In this document: positions 7,299 through 15,955 of the stretch, in pieces
How positions within the stretch are numbered: the stretch's first letter is position 1
Layout of the letters: the number at the start of each line of letters is the position of its first letter
Assembly (NCBI GenBank): GCA_051439605.1
Contig: JBFRWN010000119.1
Span: forward strand, 1 to 33,131
Source: Synechococcus sp.
Lineage (GTDB): Bacteria; Cyanobacteriota; Cyanobacteriia; Thermostichales; PCC-7336
Reading direction: 5' to 3'
Length of the DNA stretch: 33,131 bases
Made by a program: the position numbers and the translations under genes
The notes under the pieces: generated by a model
The model's input: only the letters and a program-made list of their open reading frames with translations
The model's database searches: none
Told to the model about the DNA's origin: nothing

Positions 7299-8981
7299 AT
7301 GGCCACCAACATTAACGGCGTCATGTTACAAGGCTTTCACTGGTTCCTCAAACCAGACTTCCCCGAAAGCCGTAATCGCAGCCTGTGGCAATTTCTCAGA
7401 GACGAAGCCGATCGCTTCAGATCCACCGGCATCGATGCCATTTGGATCCCCCCTGCTCACAAAGCTGCCTCTAACCGCAGCAATAGTGTTGGCTACGATG
7501 TCTACGATCACTTTGATTTAGGGGAATTTTTCCCCAATGGGGAGACTACAGCCAGAACTAAATATGGGACGAAGTCGGAGCTAGTCGAGGCGGTGAAATC
7601 GCTCCACGGTGACGGCACCCAAAAACGCATCCAAGTCTATGCCGATGTCGTTCTTAACCACAAAATGGGTGGCGAAGAAGACAACTTTTGGCAAGCTATT
7701 CGCGTTGAAAAAGATAACCGTAACACCGAACGCAGGGGAGAAGGGTTCGAACAAGGCGTAATTGAAATCAAAGCCTATACCAAGTTCGATCACCCCGAAC
7801 GTGGAGGCAAGCATTCCACCTTCCAATGGAGATCCAAACACTTCGACAGCGTCGATACGACCACCCAGATTCGCCAGAACGGCAATGCCTTTAATGACCC
7901 CAAAGACAAATACATTTACCGATACCTGCATAACGAATTAGGGTACATCCCCGCTGATAAAAGTTTTGAGTCCTGGGTATCTACGGAGAAAGGCAACTAC
8001 GACTATCTCACCGGCTGTGATTTTGATTATGGCCGGCATGATGTGCGCGAAGAGATGAAGTATTGGGGAACCTGGTTTGCGAAAGAACTCGACCTGGATG
8101 GAGTCAGGTTAGATGCTGTCAAGCACATCAGCGCCGACTACGTCCGAGAGTGGTTGGGGCACGTACGCTGGCAAACCGGTAAAGGCTTGTTTGCCGTAGC
8201 CGAATACATCGAAGGCTCTACTGGCCCCCTGCATAGCTACATCACACGAGTCACTAAAGAAGGACAATTTCCTCAGCAAATCACCCTCTTTGACTTTCCC
8301 CTGTACTTCAAATTTAGGAATGCCAGTCGCCAAGGAGATACCTACGACCTCAGAAATCTGAACAAGAAGACGTTGATGGCCGAACAACCAGCTCTTGCTG
8401 TCACCTACGTTGAAAACCATGACTACGAGTACGGCAGGGCCTATGACTCCCACGTCGAGGAATGGTTCAAGCCCCTGGCCTACGCCTTTATCTTGCTACG
8501 AGACAAGGGCTATCCATGCATCTTTTTCCCGGACTATTACGGTTCCCTCGACTGGGTTGAAGATGGCAATCTCTGGCACCGCGCTCAGAAACCTGGAAAA
8601 GAATACCTGGATCTGCTGCTGAAACTGAGGAAGCAATTTGCCCTAGGCGAAGAACGATACTACGACGACAAAAACATTGCTGGATGGGTACGGATGGGCT
8701 TTGTCCCAGGGGCCAAAGGTGCCATGGCCGTAGCGATCAACACTGCCTACGGAGCTGTCAAAGCAATTCGCATGAATACCGGGCGCTTCAACAGGCGCTT
8801 CTACCACCTGGCCACCATCAAGCTAACGGATAACGGGTTTACAGTTGTTCGCAATCGCTACGATCTCTACGGTGATAAAGCCGAAGGTCTTTGGACTGAC
8901 TCCAACGGCTGGGCGGACTTTCTCGCCGATGGAGGCACGGCTTCCATCTGGATTGAGGATGGCGTTGGGTTGGATAGTTAA
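7299..8981 (+). CDS. Alpha-amylase, GH13 (AmyA/AmyS-like, probably GH13_5), no signal peptide
   Basis: GVMLQGFHW, SVGYDVYDHFDLGEF, RTKYGTK and YADVVLNHK motifs. Catalytic residues in RLDAVKH (Asp), VAEY (Glu) and VENHD (Asp). Confidence 0.95.
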   Translation: MATNINGVMLQGFHWFLKPDFPESRNRSLWQFLRDEADRFRSTGIDAIWIPPAHKAASNRSNSVGYDVYDHFDLGEFFPNGETTARTKYGTKSELVEAVKSLHGDGTQKRIQVYADVVLNHKMGGEEDNFWQAIRVEKDNRNTERRGEGFEQGVIEIKAYTKFDHPERGGKHSTFQWRSKHFDSVDTTTQIRQNGNAFNDPKDKYIYRYLHNELGYIPADKSFESWVSTEKGNYDYLTGCDFDYGRHDVREEMKYWGTWFAKELDLDGVRLDAVKHISADYVREWLGHVRWQTGKGLFAVAEYIEGSTGPLHSYITRVTKEGQFPQQITLFDFPLYFKFRNASRQGDTYDLRNLNKKTLMAEQPALAVTYVENHDYEYGRAYDSHVEEWFKPLAYAFILLRDKGYPCIFFPDYYGSLDWVEDGNLWHRAQKPGKEYLDLLLKLRKQFALGEERYYDDKNIAGWVRMGFVPGAKGAMAVAINTAYGAVKAIRMNTGRFNRRFYHLATIKLTDNGFTVVRNRYDLYGDKAEGLWTDSNGWADFLADGGTASIWIEDGVGLDS

Positions 8982-9056
8982 CACTTCTATTGCACCTACA
9001 AAGATAGACCAATTCTATTCGCTCATCTCATCGATCTTGAACAAGGAGGAGAGCTA

Positions 9057-9986
9057 GTGAAAGGCACAGTCATCAACAATCTCAAACTTATCAAAGTGGT
9101 GGATGGAGACACGATTAAGGTACTCCTGGATGATGAGCAGGAATCCATTCGGTTTGTTTGTCTTGACACTGAAGAAAGCCAGCACGGTGGCAATAAACCG
9201 GTCACCAATGCTGGTCTGCTGGCATCAGCTTGGGTGAAGGACTATTTCGGAGCCAACGAGGACGGAATACCTCATGGCGACGTGCGGGTCGATCTTGAAT
9301 TTGACACCAACGAACCCCTTCAAGTTTGCCTTCGCAAACACCGAGGGAACTACGGACGGTTAATCTGCTATGTCTACAAATCTGGAGAACAGGAAAATTC
9401 CAATTTGCGAATTGTACGCGAGGGATGGAGCCCGTATTTTGTCAAATACGGGCGATCGCGACTGTACCATCGTCAATTGATTCAGGCGGAGGCAGAGGCT
9501 CAAGCAAAAGGCAAGGGCATTTGGGACCCAGAAACGAACGCAGGTGGACCGAACAGGAACTATACCGAGCTGATTCCTTGGTGGCATCTGCGAGAGCATG
9601 TGGTGCAGGACTACCGTTACTCTGGCAGCCAAGCCGGAGTACTGTCAGTGCGCCTGAATTACGACGACATCGTTGAAGCAGCTAAAGCCGGCAACGAGTT
9701 GACAGTATTGTGCGATCTGCAAGGAGGGATCGATAAATGGCCTGGCAATGGCGCCTTGATTTACGCGGGGTCAAAATTTCAAAAGTTTAATCTTTGGATT
9801 CCCAACATAGACTCTGTGGAATCACAGACAATTTTACGGTTAATCGAAACTCGTTATGCTGGCCGCGGACGCGGTTACGTGTATGTATCTGGAAAAGCCA
9901 GTCTGTATCCACCCAATCCGCAAGGCAAACCGCAAATTGTAATAACAGATGTTCGGCAGCTTGCCGATTTGCCGCCCGGTAAATAG
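9057..9986 (+). CDS. Thermonuclease (SNase) family nuclease with extra C-terminal domain, no signal peptide
   Basis: VVDGDTIKV, IRFVCLDTEE, YGRLICYV, NLRIVREGWS and EAEAQAKGKGIW motifs. AAGGAGG SD before GTG. Confidence 0.92.
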   Translation: MKGTVINNLKLIKVVDGDTIKVLLDDEQESIRFVCLDTEESQHGGNKPVTNAGLLASAWVKDYFGANEDGIPHGDVRVDLEFDTNEPLQVCLRKHRGNYGRLICYVYKSGEQENSNLRIVREGWSPYFVKYGRSRLYHRQLIQAEAEAQAKGKGIWDPETNAGGPNRNYTELIPWWHLREHVVQDYRYSGSQAGVLSVRLNYDDIVEAAKAGNELTVLCDLQGGIDKWPGNGALIYAGSKFQKFNLWIPNIDSVESQTILRLIETRYAGRGRGYVYVSGKASLYPPNPQGKPQIVITDVRQLADLPPGK

Positions 9987-10016
9987 CTCTTCGGCGTTGG
10001 GGAGTTGTCCAGCGAG

Positions 10017-10256
10017 GTGATGGATTGGATGGGGCTGCTCGATCGCCACTTTACCTAAATGGCTCTGGCGGTTCAGGGGGCGGTTTTGGTGTCGATGTTG
10101 GGCTGGATCGTTGTGGGGCGACGGGTGGGCAAGCGGGCGGTTTACAGGATGGGAATTCCGTTGACGCTGTTGGCACAGGTGGGGTTGTTTTTGCTGCAGC
10201 CGGTTTAGGTGGGGTGGATGTATGTGTTGGCAGTGATGGCGGGGTTGGGGCTCTCG
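10017..10256 (+). pseudogene. Internal fragment of an MFS (GPH/MelB-type) transporter gene
   Basis: Frame from 10017 reads VMDWMGLLDRHFT*MALAVQGAVLVSMLGWIVVGRRVGKRAVYRMGIPLTLLAQVGLFLLQPV*VGWMYVLAVMAGLGLS. It has TM helices and an MFS motif-A-like RRVGKR, with stops at 10056 and 10206. Confidence 0.75.
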
Positions 10257-10504
10257 AGTCCGAATTGAATCACCTGTTCGAAACGTTCCATCGGGTACAA
10301 CAGGCGGATCGCTGGAAAACCAGCGGTATCGGTTTGGGCTTGGCGCTAGTTAAACAGGTAATCGAACGACTGGGAAGTAGCATCTCTGTCTCGAACGCAG
10401 AGAATTGGGTGCAGTTTGACCTCTGTTTACCAATATCCCAAAACCATCGTTCCTCATTGAAGGCATCTCAAATTCCCTTAGCCCCCCCCCTAAAGCCCAA
10501 GTAG
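10256..10504 (+). pseudogene. C-terminal fragment of a histidine-kinase HATPase_c domain
   Basis: ESELNHLFETFHRVQQADRWKTSGIGLGLALVKQVIERLGSSISVSN contains F and G2 boxes. No H- or N-box upstream. Confidence 0.8.
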
Positions 10505-10702
10505 CCCTGCAATGTTGACGGCACCCAAGCAGTCATCAACAAGCAGGTCCTCTTGCCAAACTCAAGTTAGTTATGACCCCCTGAATTGAAGCCGCAAATT
10601 TGCTGAGTGCAAAGCGAAGGGGTTGCAAAGTGAACGGTTTCTCTGGATAGCGATCGCCACCCCCCCGAAACACCATCTAGCGATCGCCGTTTAACTTTGC
10701 TT

Positions 10703-12325
10703 CTACCAAGCGATCGCCATCCCATCCGCCCTTGGCTCCGATGCCGCAATCAGGATGTTTTTTTCTCCCCGAAAAATCATCTGTCCCTTCCCAAATACGT
10801 GTGTATCTGCTTCCACCGCGATCGCGTGCCCCCGATCCTGCAAACCCACCGCCACATGCCTGGGCACCGACTGCTCCAACGCCACCCGATTCCCCTCGCT
10901 AAAACACCACCGAGGTGCATCCAAAGCCGCCTGCACATTCATCCCGTAATCCACTAAATTCACGACCATCTGCACGTGCCCCTGCGGCTGCATGTGTGCC
11001 CCCATCACCCCCATCGGCCCCAACGGCTGCCCCCCCCGCGTCAAAAAACTGGGAATAATCGTGTGAAACGGTCGCTTCCCCGGCGCCACGCAATTGGGAT
11101 GATGCGGATCCAGCACAAATCCACAGCCGCGATTCTGCAATGCAATCCCCGTTCTGGGCACCACAATCCCCGAGCCAAAATTCTTGAAATTCGACTGAAT
11201 CATCGACACCATCAGCTCTCCATCCGCTGCCGCCAGATAGACAGTCCCCCCCTGCGGTAACCCCGGTTCCGCCATGGCGATCGCGCGATCGCCGATCAGA
11301 CCCCGCCGCTGACTGGCGTATTCTTTATCGAGCATCTGACCCACATCAATCTGCATCGTCGCCGGATCCGACACGTGGCGATGGGCATCCGCAAACGCCA
11401 GTTTGATCGCTTCGATCTGACAGTGAAAACTCTCCACCGAATCGCGCGGATATCGACCTAACTCGAACCCCTCCAAAATATTCAGCGCCATCAACGCCGT
11501 TACCCCCTGTCCGTTAGGGGGAAGCTCCCACACCGTTAAATCCCGGTAATCTGTACAAATGGGCTGCACCCATTCCGGCGCGTGATTGTTTAAATCCGCT
11601 AGTCCCAAAGTACCGCCAGTTTCAGAGGCAAACTCCGCGATCGCCGCTGCAATCTCCCCCTGATAAAAACTCTCCCCTTCCGACTGCGCGATCGCCCGCA
11701 ACGTTGCAGCATGTCCGGGACTGCCCCACACTTCTCCTGCTTTTGGCGATCGCCCGTTACCAAAAAACACCTGCCGAAATTCTTCAAACTCTGGCCCCTG
11801 CAACTCCGCATACTCCTGCCGCTCCGCCCCCCACAACCGCGACACCTGCGGCGAAACCGGAAACCCTTCCTCCGCATACCGAATCGCCGGTTCGCATAAT
11901 TGCTCGAAGGGCAGGGCCCCCCATCGTCTCCACAGAGCCTGCCAAGCAGACACCGCCCCCGGCACCGTCACCGTCGGCCACCCCCGCAGCGGCATTACCT
12001 CCAATTCCGCAAAATCCTCAATATCTAGATTGACTGGGCTTTTCCCCGACCCGTTCAACCCCTGCAATTCCCCATCCCACACCAGCGCAAACGCATCCGA
12101 CCCCAGTCCGTTTGCCGTCGGTTCCACCACCGTTAGGGCGATCGCCATCGCCACTGCCGCATCCACCGCATTCCCCCCGGATGCCAGAATCTGTAGACCT
12201 GTCGCCGCCGCCAGAGGCTGCGCTGTCGCCACCGCCCCCCTCCGACCCATGACAACCGATCGCTTCGAGGCATAGGGATAATCAGCAAAATTCAACGGTC
12301 CAACCTTAGGGGGATCCATCGGCAC
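10703..12325 (-). CDS. ggt: Gamma-glutamyltransferase family protein (YwrD-like)
   Basis: GGNAVDAAVA, TVPGAVSAW, ELPPNGQG, nucleophile Thr in GGTVYLAAAD, PGKRPFHTIIP, GVMGAHMQPQGH. Confidence 0.93.
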   Translation of the reverse strand: MPMDPPKVGPLNFADYPYASKRSVVMGRRGAVATAQPLAAATGLQILASGGNAVDAAVAMAIALTVVEPTANGLGSDAFALVWDGELQGLNGSGKSPVNLDIEDFAELEVMPLRGWPTVTVPGAVSAWQALWRRWGALPFEQLCEPAIRYAEEGFPVSPQVSRLWGAERQEYAELQGPEFEEFRQVFFGNGRSPKAGEVWGSPGHAATLRAIAQSEGESFYQGEIAAAIAEFASETGGTLGLADLNNHAPEWVQPICTDYRDLTVWELPPNGQGVTALMALNILEGFELGRYPRDSVESFHCQIEAIKLAFADAHRHVSDPATMQIDVGQMLDKEYASQRRGLIGDRAIAMAEPGLPQGGTVYLAAADGELMVSMIQSNFKNFGSGIVVPRTGIALQNRGCGFVLDPHHPNCVAPGKRPFHTIIPSFLTRGGQPLGPMGVMGAHMQPQGHVQMVVNLVDYGMNVQAALDAPRWCFSEGNRVALEQSVPRHVAVGLQDRGHAIAVEADTHVFGKGQMIFRGEKNILIAASEPRADGMAIAW

Positions 12326-12396
12326 ACAATTGCCTCAATCCAAGCATCCCAGCCCCGAAGTGCCGTGACAACGATAAGAGCGGGTGTGGTGGATGC

Positions 12397-12816
12397 TTAA
12401 TCTTCGCTGGTCTTTGCAGCGATCGCCAACCGGACATCGGATACTTTGCTCAGCTCGTTCATGACTGCTACAACATTGCCGTGGGTCAAAGCCAGATCGG
12501 CATTCAGCAACACCAGACGATTTTCGTCCTCTTCCGTCTGCTCGTTCAACACCGCTTCTACCGCTGACTTTAAGCCATCAAGAGCAACAATTTCGCTGTT
12601 CACAGCAATTTGATTATCCTCAGTTACGCTCACCGTCACCGCTGGTTGGGTTTTGATTTCCGCTTCAGAGGCAGAGGGACGATTGACATCCAAACCTTCC
12701 GCACGGGTTAAGACCAAACTGGCCAAGATGAAAAACACCAGAATGCAAAAAATAATGTCGATCAGCGGAATGATGTTGATGTCAGCGCGCCGCGCCGGTT
12801 CTTCGTAAATACGCAT
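12397..12816 (-). CDS. exbD: Biopolymer transporter ExbD/TolR
   Basis: INIIPLIDIIFCILVFFIL TM segment with the conserved Asp; LNADLALTHGNVVAVMNEL; 4 nt downstream of exbB. Confidence 0.93.
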   Translation of the reverse strand: MRIYEEPARRADINIIPLIDIIFCILVFFILASLVLTRAEGLDVNRPSASEAEIKTQPAVTVSVTEDNQIAVNSEIVALDGLKSAVEAVLNEQTEEDENRLVLLNADLALTHGNVVAVMNELSKVSDVRLAIAAKTSED

Positions 12817-12820
12817 AGGG

Positions 12821-13525
12821 CTACTGAGCTAAGGGGTTGGGTTGTTGGGGATACAGCGCCTGTTGGGTGGGAGGCTGCTGTTGGGATTCATCTGGAAAAC
12901 CCATCTCAAACCGGCGGCGGTGCAACAGTTCTAGCTGTCCCCCAAAATCTTGAATTTGGGACATTTCCCGCACGTACAAGGAACGAAACACATTCGAGAT
13001 CAGCAGGGTCAAAATCGCCACTACCAGACCTGTTGCGGTTGAGGTGAGCGCCTCTGCAATACCGTTACCTACCCCAATGGTACTCGTGCCGCCGATATCT
13101 CCCAGATCGATCGAGGACAGAATGCGAATCAGACCTAGCACAGTACCTAAGAGACCCAAGAATGGAGCAAGGGTGACAATCGTATCGAAGATAGTGGTAA
13201 ACCGCTTCAGAAGGGGCATCTCCGCCGCCACTGCAGCCTCTAGTGCCAAACGAAATTCATCGGGGGTGGCGCGATCAATTTCAACCCCAGCCAGGAAAAT
13301 TCTTGCAATCGGCAAATCGGCATTTTGCTCTAGCTTAAATAGCGCTGCCCGCGGGTTGCGACGATACAGAGTCATCACTTCGCGCACCACCCGAGGCTGG
13401 CGATGCCCTAATTTCCACCAAAAAATCCAGCGCTCCAGCATTAACGCGATCGCAATGATTGAAAACAGGACCAGCGGGTACATGACCACTCCGCCAGCTT
13501 GAAATGTGTTTACGATCGTTTCCAT
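12821..13525 (-). CDS. exbB: MotA/TolQ/ExbB proton channel protein
   Basis: GGVVMYPL, APFLGLLGTVLGLI and GIAEALTSTATGLVVAI motifs. Confidence 0.93.
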   Translation of the reverse strand: METIVNTFQAGGVVMYPLVLFSIIAIALMLERWIFWWKLGHRQPRVVREVMTLYRRNPRAALFKLEQNADLPIARIFLAGVEIDRATPDEFRLALEAAVAAEMPLLKRFTTIFDTIVTLAPFLGLLGTVLGLIRILSSIDLGDIGGTSTIGVGNGIAEALTSTATGLVVAILTLLISNVFRSLYVREMSQIQDFGGQLELLHRRRFEMGFPDESQQQPPTQQALYPQQPNPLAQ

Positions 13526-13718
13526 ATGCTGTTGATTCCTTCACCAGTGATTAGAGGCACACCTTTCCACAGTGTAAGCACACCCCCCGTCATAGCACTT
13601 TTTTACAGGGCAGGCACAGAGTTTAAGCGATAATTAAGGGAATTTAAATCCCCTCCCAAAGGTCACCCAAGACACTATTCTCATCAGCCAGAGGGGGATC
13701 GATCTCCGATGCAGGGGC

Positions 13719-14348
13719 TCAAGCTTGATTCAGACTGTCCACGATCGCTGTTTGGACGTGTGGATGGAGCATCATAAATGTGTGAAAGGAAGGCACTTGA
13801 ATGGGCAGATCGCCAGATTCACTCGCCATCTCATCCAGCGCCACTTCATCTAGCGCTACCAATCCATCGTTCACCTGCCCCCCAAACGGACTCCAACGCC
13901 CCTTCCATCCACGCGTGCCGGCGATCGCGATCAAGGGAAAATTGGGTGGGGGTAACGTTTCGTACCAGTCTTCATTCGCTAAGTTTCTGCCACAACTGCC
14001 AGCGAACCATTGAAACGGTGGTAACCATTTCCAGGCCAGCCGCGCCATCCGGGGGGATTGATTCGGAGTTCCCAACATAATGACTTGCTTCGGTGTCTGG
14101 AATCCCCCCAGACCCACCGCCGATCTCGTCAACAGCCCCCCCAAAGAATGAGCCACCACCCCGTAGTCTCCCTGCCGAGCGAAGTCGAGGAAACGGCGGT
14201 GCAAGCGCTCCACAATGCGTTCGTAGGATTCTGCAAACGCTGCATATCCAAACAACTCAGGTTCGTGGCCCGATTGCTTCAGCGGTTGAATCAGCGGTGC
14301 CATCGATAATGGCGTCCTTCCCAATCCATGCACGAGCAATACTTTCAT
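13719..14348 (-). CDS. Alpha/beta hydrolase (lipase/esterase-like)
   Basis: LLVHGLG, AHSLGG nucleophile elbow, LGTPNQS, NDGLV, FHTFM. Start placed at MKVLL (14348) to avoid overlap with the upstream permease. Confidence 0.88.
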   Translation of the reverse strand: MKVLLVHGLGRTPLSMAPLIQPLKQSGHEPELFGYAAFAESYERIVERLHRRFLDFARQGDYGVVAHSLGGLLTRSAVGLGGFQTPKQVIMLGTPNQSPRMARLAWKWLPPFQWFAGSCGRNLANEDWYETLPPPNFPLIAIAGTRGWKGRWSPFGGQVNDGLVALDEVALDEMASESGDLPIQVPSFHTFMMLHPHVQTAIVDSLNQA

Positions 14349-14358
14349 GGAGTCCTTA

Positions 14359-15162
14359 CTAACTCGATGCACTGGTGTAGAATCGCAGGGCAAACCGCCA
14401 AAATCGATTGGCGATCGCCAGCAAGACCATGGCCAGAATAGCCGACCCCACGGTCCACCCCACCTCAGTGCGGCCCACAATCGCTTCCGCTGGAATTGTC
14501 GTCAGAAAAGCAACAGGGATCACAAACGTGAAAAACACTCGGTAGATAGCGGGATAGGCCACTACAGGATAGCGTCCGGCCTCCAGCAACCCCCGCAATA
14601 CCTCTGTCACGTTGTAGATTTTCACGAACCAAACGCTGGTGGCTCCCAACACAAACCACAGGCTGTAGAGGCTTGCGATGCCGAAGGCGAGGGGGAATAG
14701 TCCAACCGCATAAACCGAGACAGGCACCTGCAGGCGATCGCCCGCAAATAAAACAATCCCGAGCCCAAAGAACAAATCTGGCATCCCCCAAGGGGAAAGG
14801 GTGCGGAAGGACAGCTGAAACTGGCTGCTGATGGGCTTGAGCAAAATAAAGTCCAACGTACCGTTCTGAACGTGACGCACGATTTTATTCAGGTTAGGGA
14901 CCAAAAACGTATTCGCAAATCCCTGCAAAATAGTGAAGATCCCCAGCACTACCAGTGCCTCTTCCCAACTCCAATCCTGGAAGCTATAGCCAGTGCGGTA
15001 GAACAAAAACAGGCTAAATATACTCCCCGCAATGTTCCCAAGGCTGCTGAGACTCGCCACGATAAAGTTCGCCCGATATTCCATTTCAGCAGCAAGCGCC
15101 GCCCCCCAAAATAAACCCAATACCTTGGCATGTCGTCCGATGCCAGATTGTCCAGAGCGCAC
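14359..15162 (-). CDS. ABC-2 family permease (DUF990-type)
   Basis: MEYRANF, GTLDFILLKPIS, GRYP and YTSASS end; about 6 TM helices; in an operon with the ATPase. Confidence 0.9.
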   Translation of the reverse strand: MRSGQSGIGRHAKVLGLFWGAALAAEMEYRANFIVASLSSLGNIAGSIFSLFLFYRTGYSFQDWSWEEALVVLGIFTILQGFANTFLVPNLNKIVRHVQNGTLDFILLKPISSQFQLSFRTLSPWGMPDLFFGLGIVLFAGDRLQVPVSVYAVGLFPLAFGIASLYSLWFVLGATSVWFVKIYNVTEVLRGLLEAGRYPVVAYPAIYRVFFTFVIPVAFLTTIPAEAIVGRTEVGWTVGSAILAMVLLAIANRFWRFALRFYTSASS

Positions 15163-15166
15163 AGGT

Positions 15167-15955
15167 CTAAGCCCCCATCGCCGAATAATGTTTTAGCCCC
15201 AGCCGCCACAGCCGTCGATTGATTGCCCACAGTGTTGTACCCCAGATTGAATACACGGCAAACGCCTGCCATCCATTCACAGGACGCCCCAGAAGAATAT
15301 TGGCCGGAACATCCACCAAGTAGGGGAGCGGAGTCCATAGCACCACCTGCCGCACCGCCTCTGGAAAGACCTCCAACGGAGCAATCATCCCTGACAAGAA
15401 AATGTAAAACAAAAACCACAAGTTAAATAACGCGCTCGCTCGTTCGATCCAAAACGCAGACAGTGCCATCGTGTACTGAATCAAAAATCGCATCGCAAAC
15501 GCTGCCCCAGCCGCGATCGCAAACACCACAAGCTGTGACAAAGACGGCACCCAGAATGCTTGGGAATACAAGCAGAAGAAAATGGCGATCGCAACTGCAA
15601 TAAACGGTGTACGGGCAATTCGCTCGGCAGCATGTCCAGCAAAATGTCTCCACACCGGATCGATGGGCTGCAGCAAGCGGGGAGAGAGTGTCCCTTCCAA
15701 AACCTCCCGTTCGAAATCCCAAATCACCCACACTACGCTCAGTTGCCGCACCAAAAACACAGCCAAAAAATACCGAGCAAACTCCACCGCGGAAAGACTA
15801 AACGCCCCCTTCCGTGCCGCCTCCATCCATATCCCCATCACAATGAAGGGCAACGTCCCCGACAACAGCCAAAACACCAGCTCTGCTCGGTATTCCAGCA
15901 TGTAGGCGTAATAGACCGTCAGTAACACGCGGGCCTTTCTCAATCCCTGTCTCAC
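15167..15955 (-). CDS. ABC-2 family permease (DUF990-type)
   Basis: MLEYRAEL, EGTLSPRLLQP, FLSGMIAPL and YSAMGA end; GTGA overlap with the ATPase stop. Confidence 0.9.
   Translation of the reverse strand: MRQGLRKARVLLTVYYAYMLEYRAELVFWLLSGTLPFIVMGIWMEAARKGAFSLSAVEFARYFLAVFLVRQLSVVWVIWDFEREVLEGTLSPRLLQPIDPVWRHFAGHAAERIARTPFIAVAIAIFFCLYSQAFWVPSLSQLVVFAIAAGAAFAMRFLIQYTMALSAFWIERASALFNLWFLFYIFLSGMIAPLEVFPEAVRQVVLWTPLPYLVDVPANILLGRPVNGWQAFAVYSIWGTTLWAINRRLWRLGLKHYSAMGA

Noticed and set aside
10025..10504. 159-aa ORF as a real histidine kinase or Gly-rich protein
   Set aside because: The first half is an off-frame reading of an MFS fragment, and the kinase part lacks H and N boxes.
10649..10720. 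Three AGCGATCGCC copies about 30 nt apart, resembling a mini repeat array
   Set aside because: These are HIP1 octamers. The repeats are too short for CRISPR and there are no cas genes.
13668..13686. Possible Fur box upstream of exbB (TGAGAAT on the minus strand)
   Set aside because: Only one half-site matches; no convincing 7-1-7 dyad.
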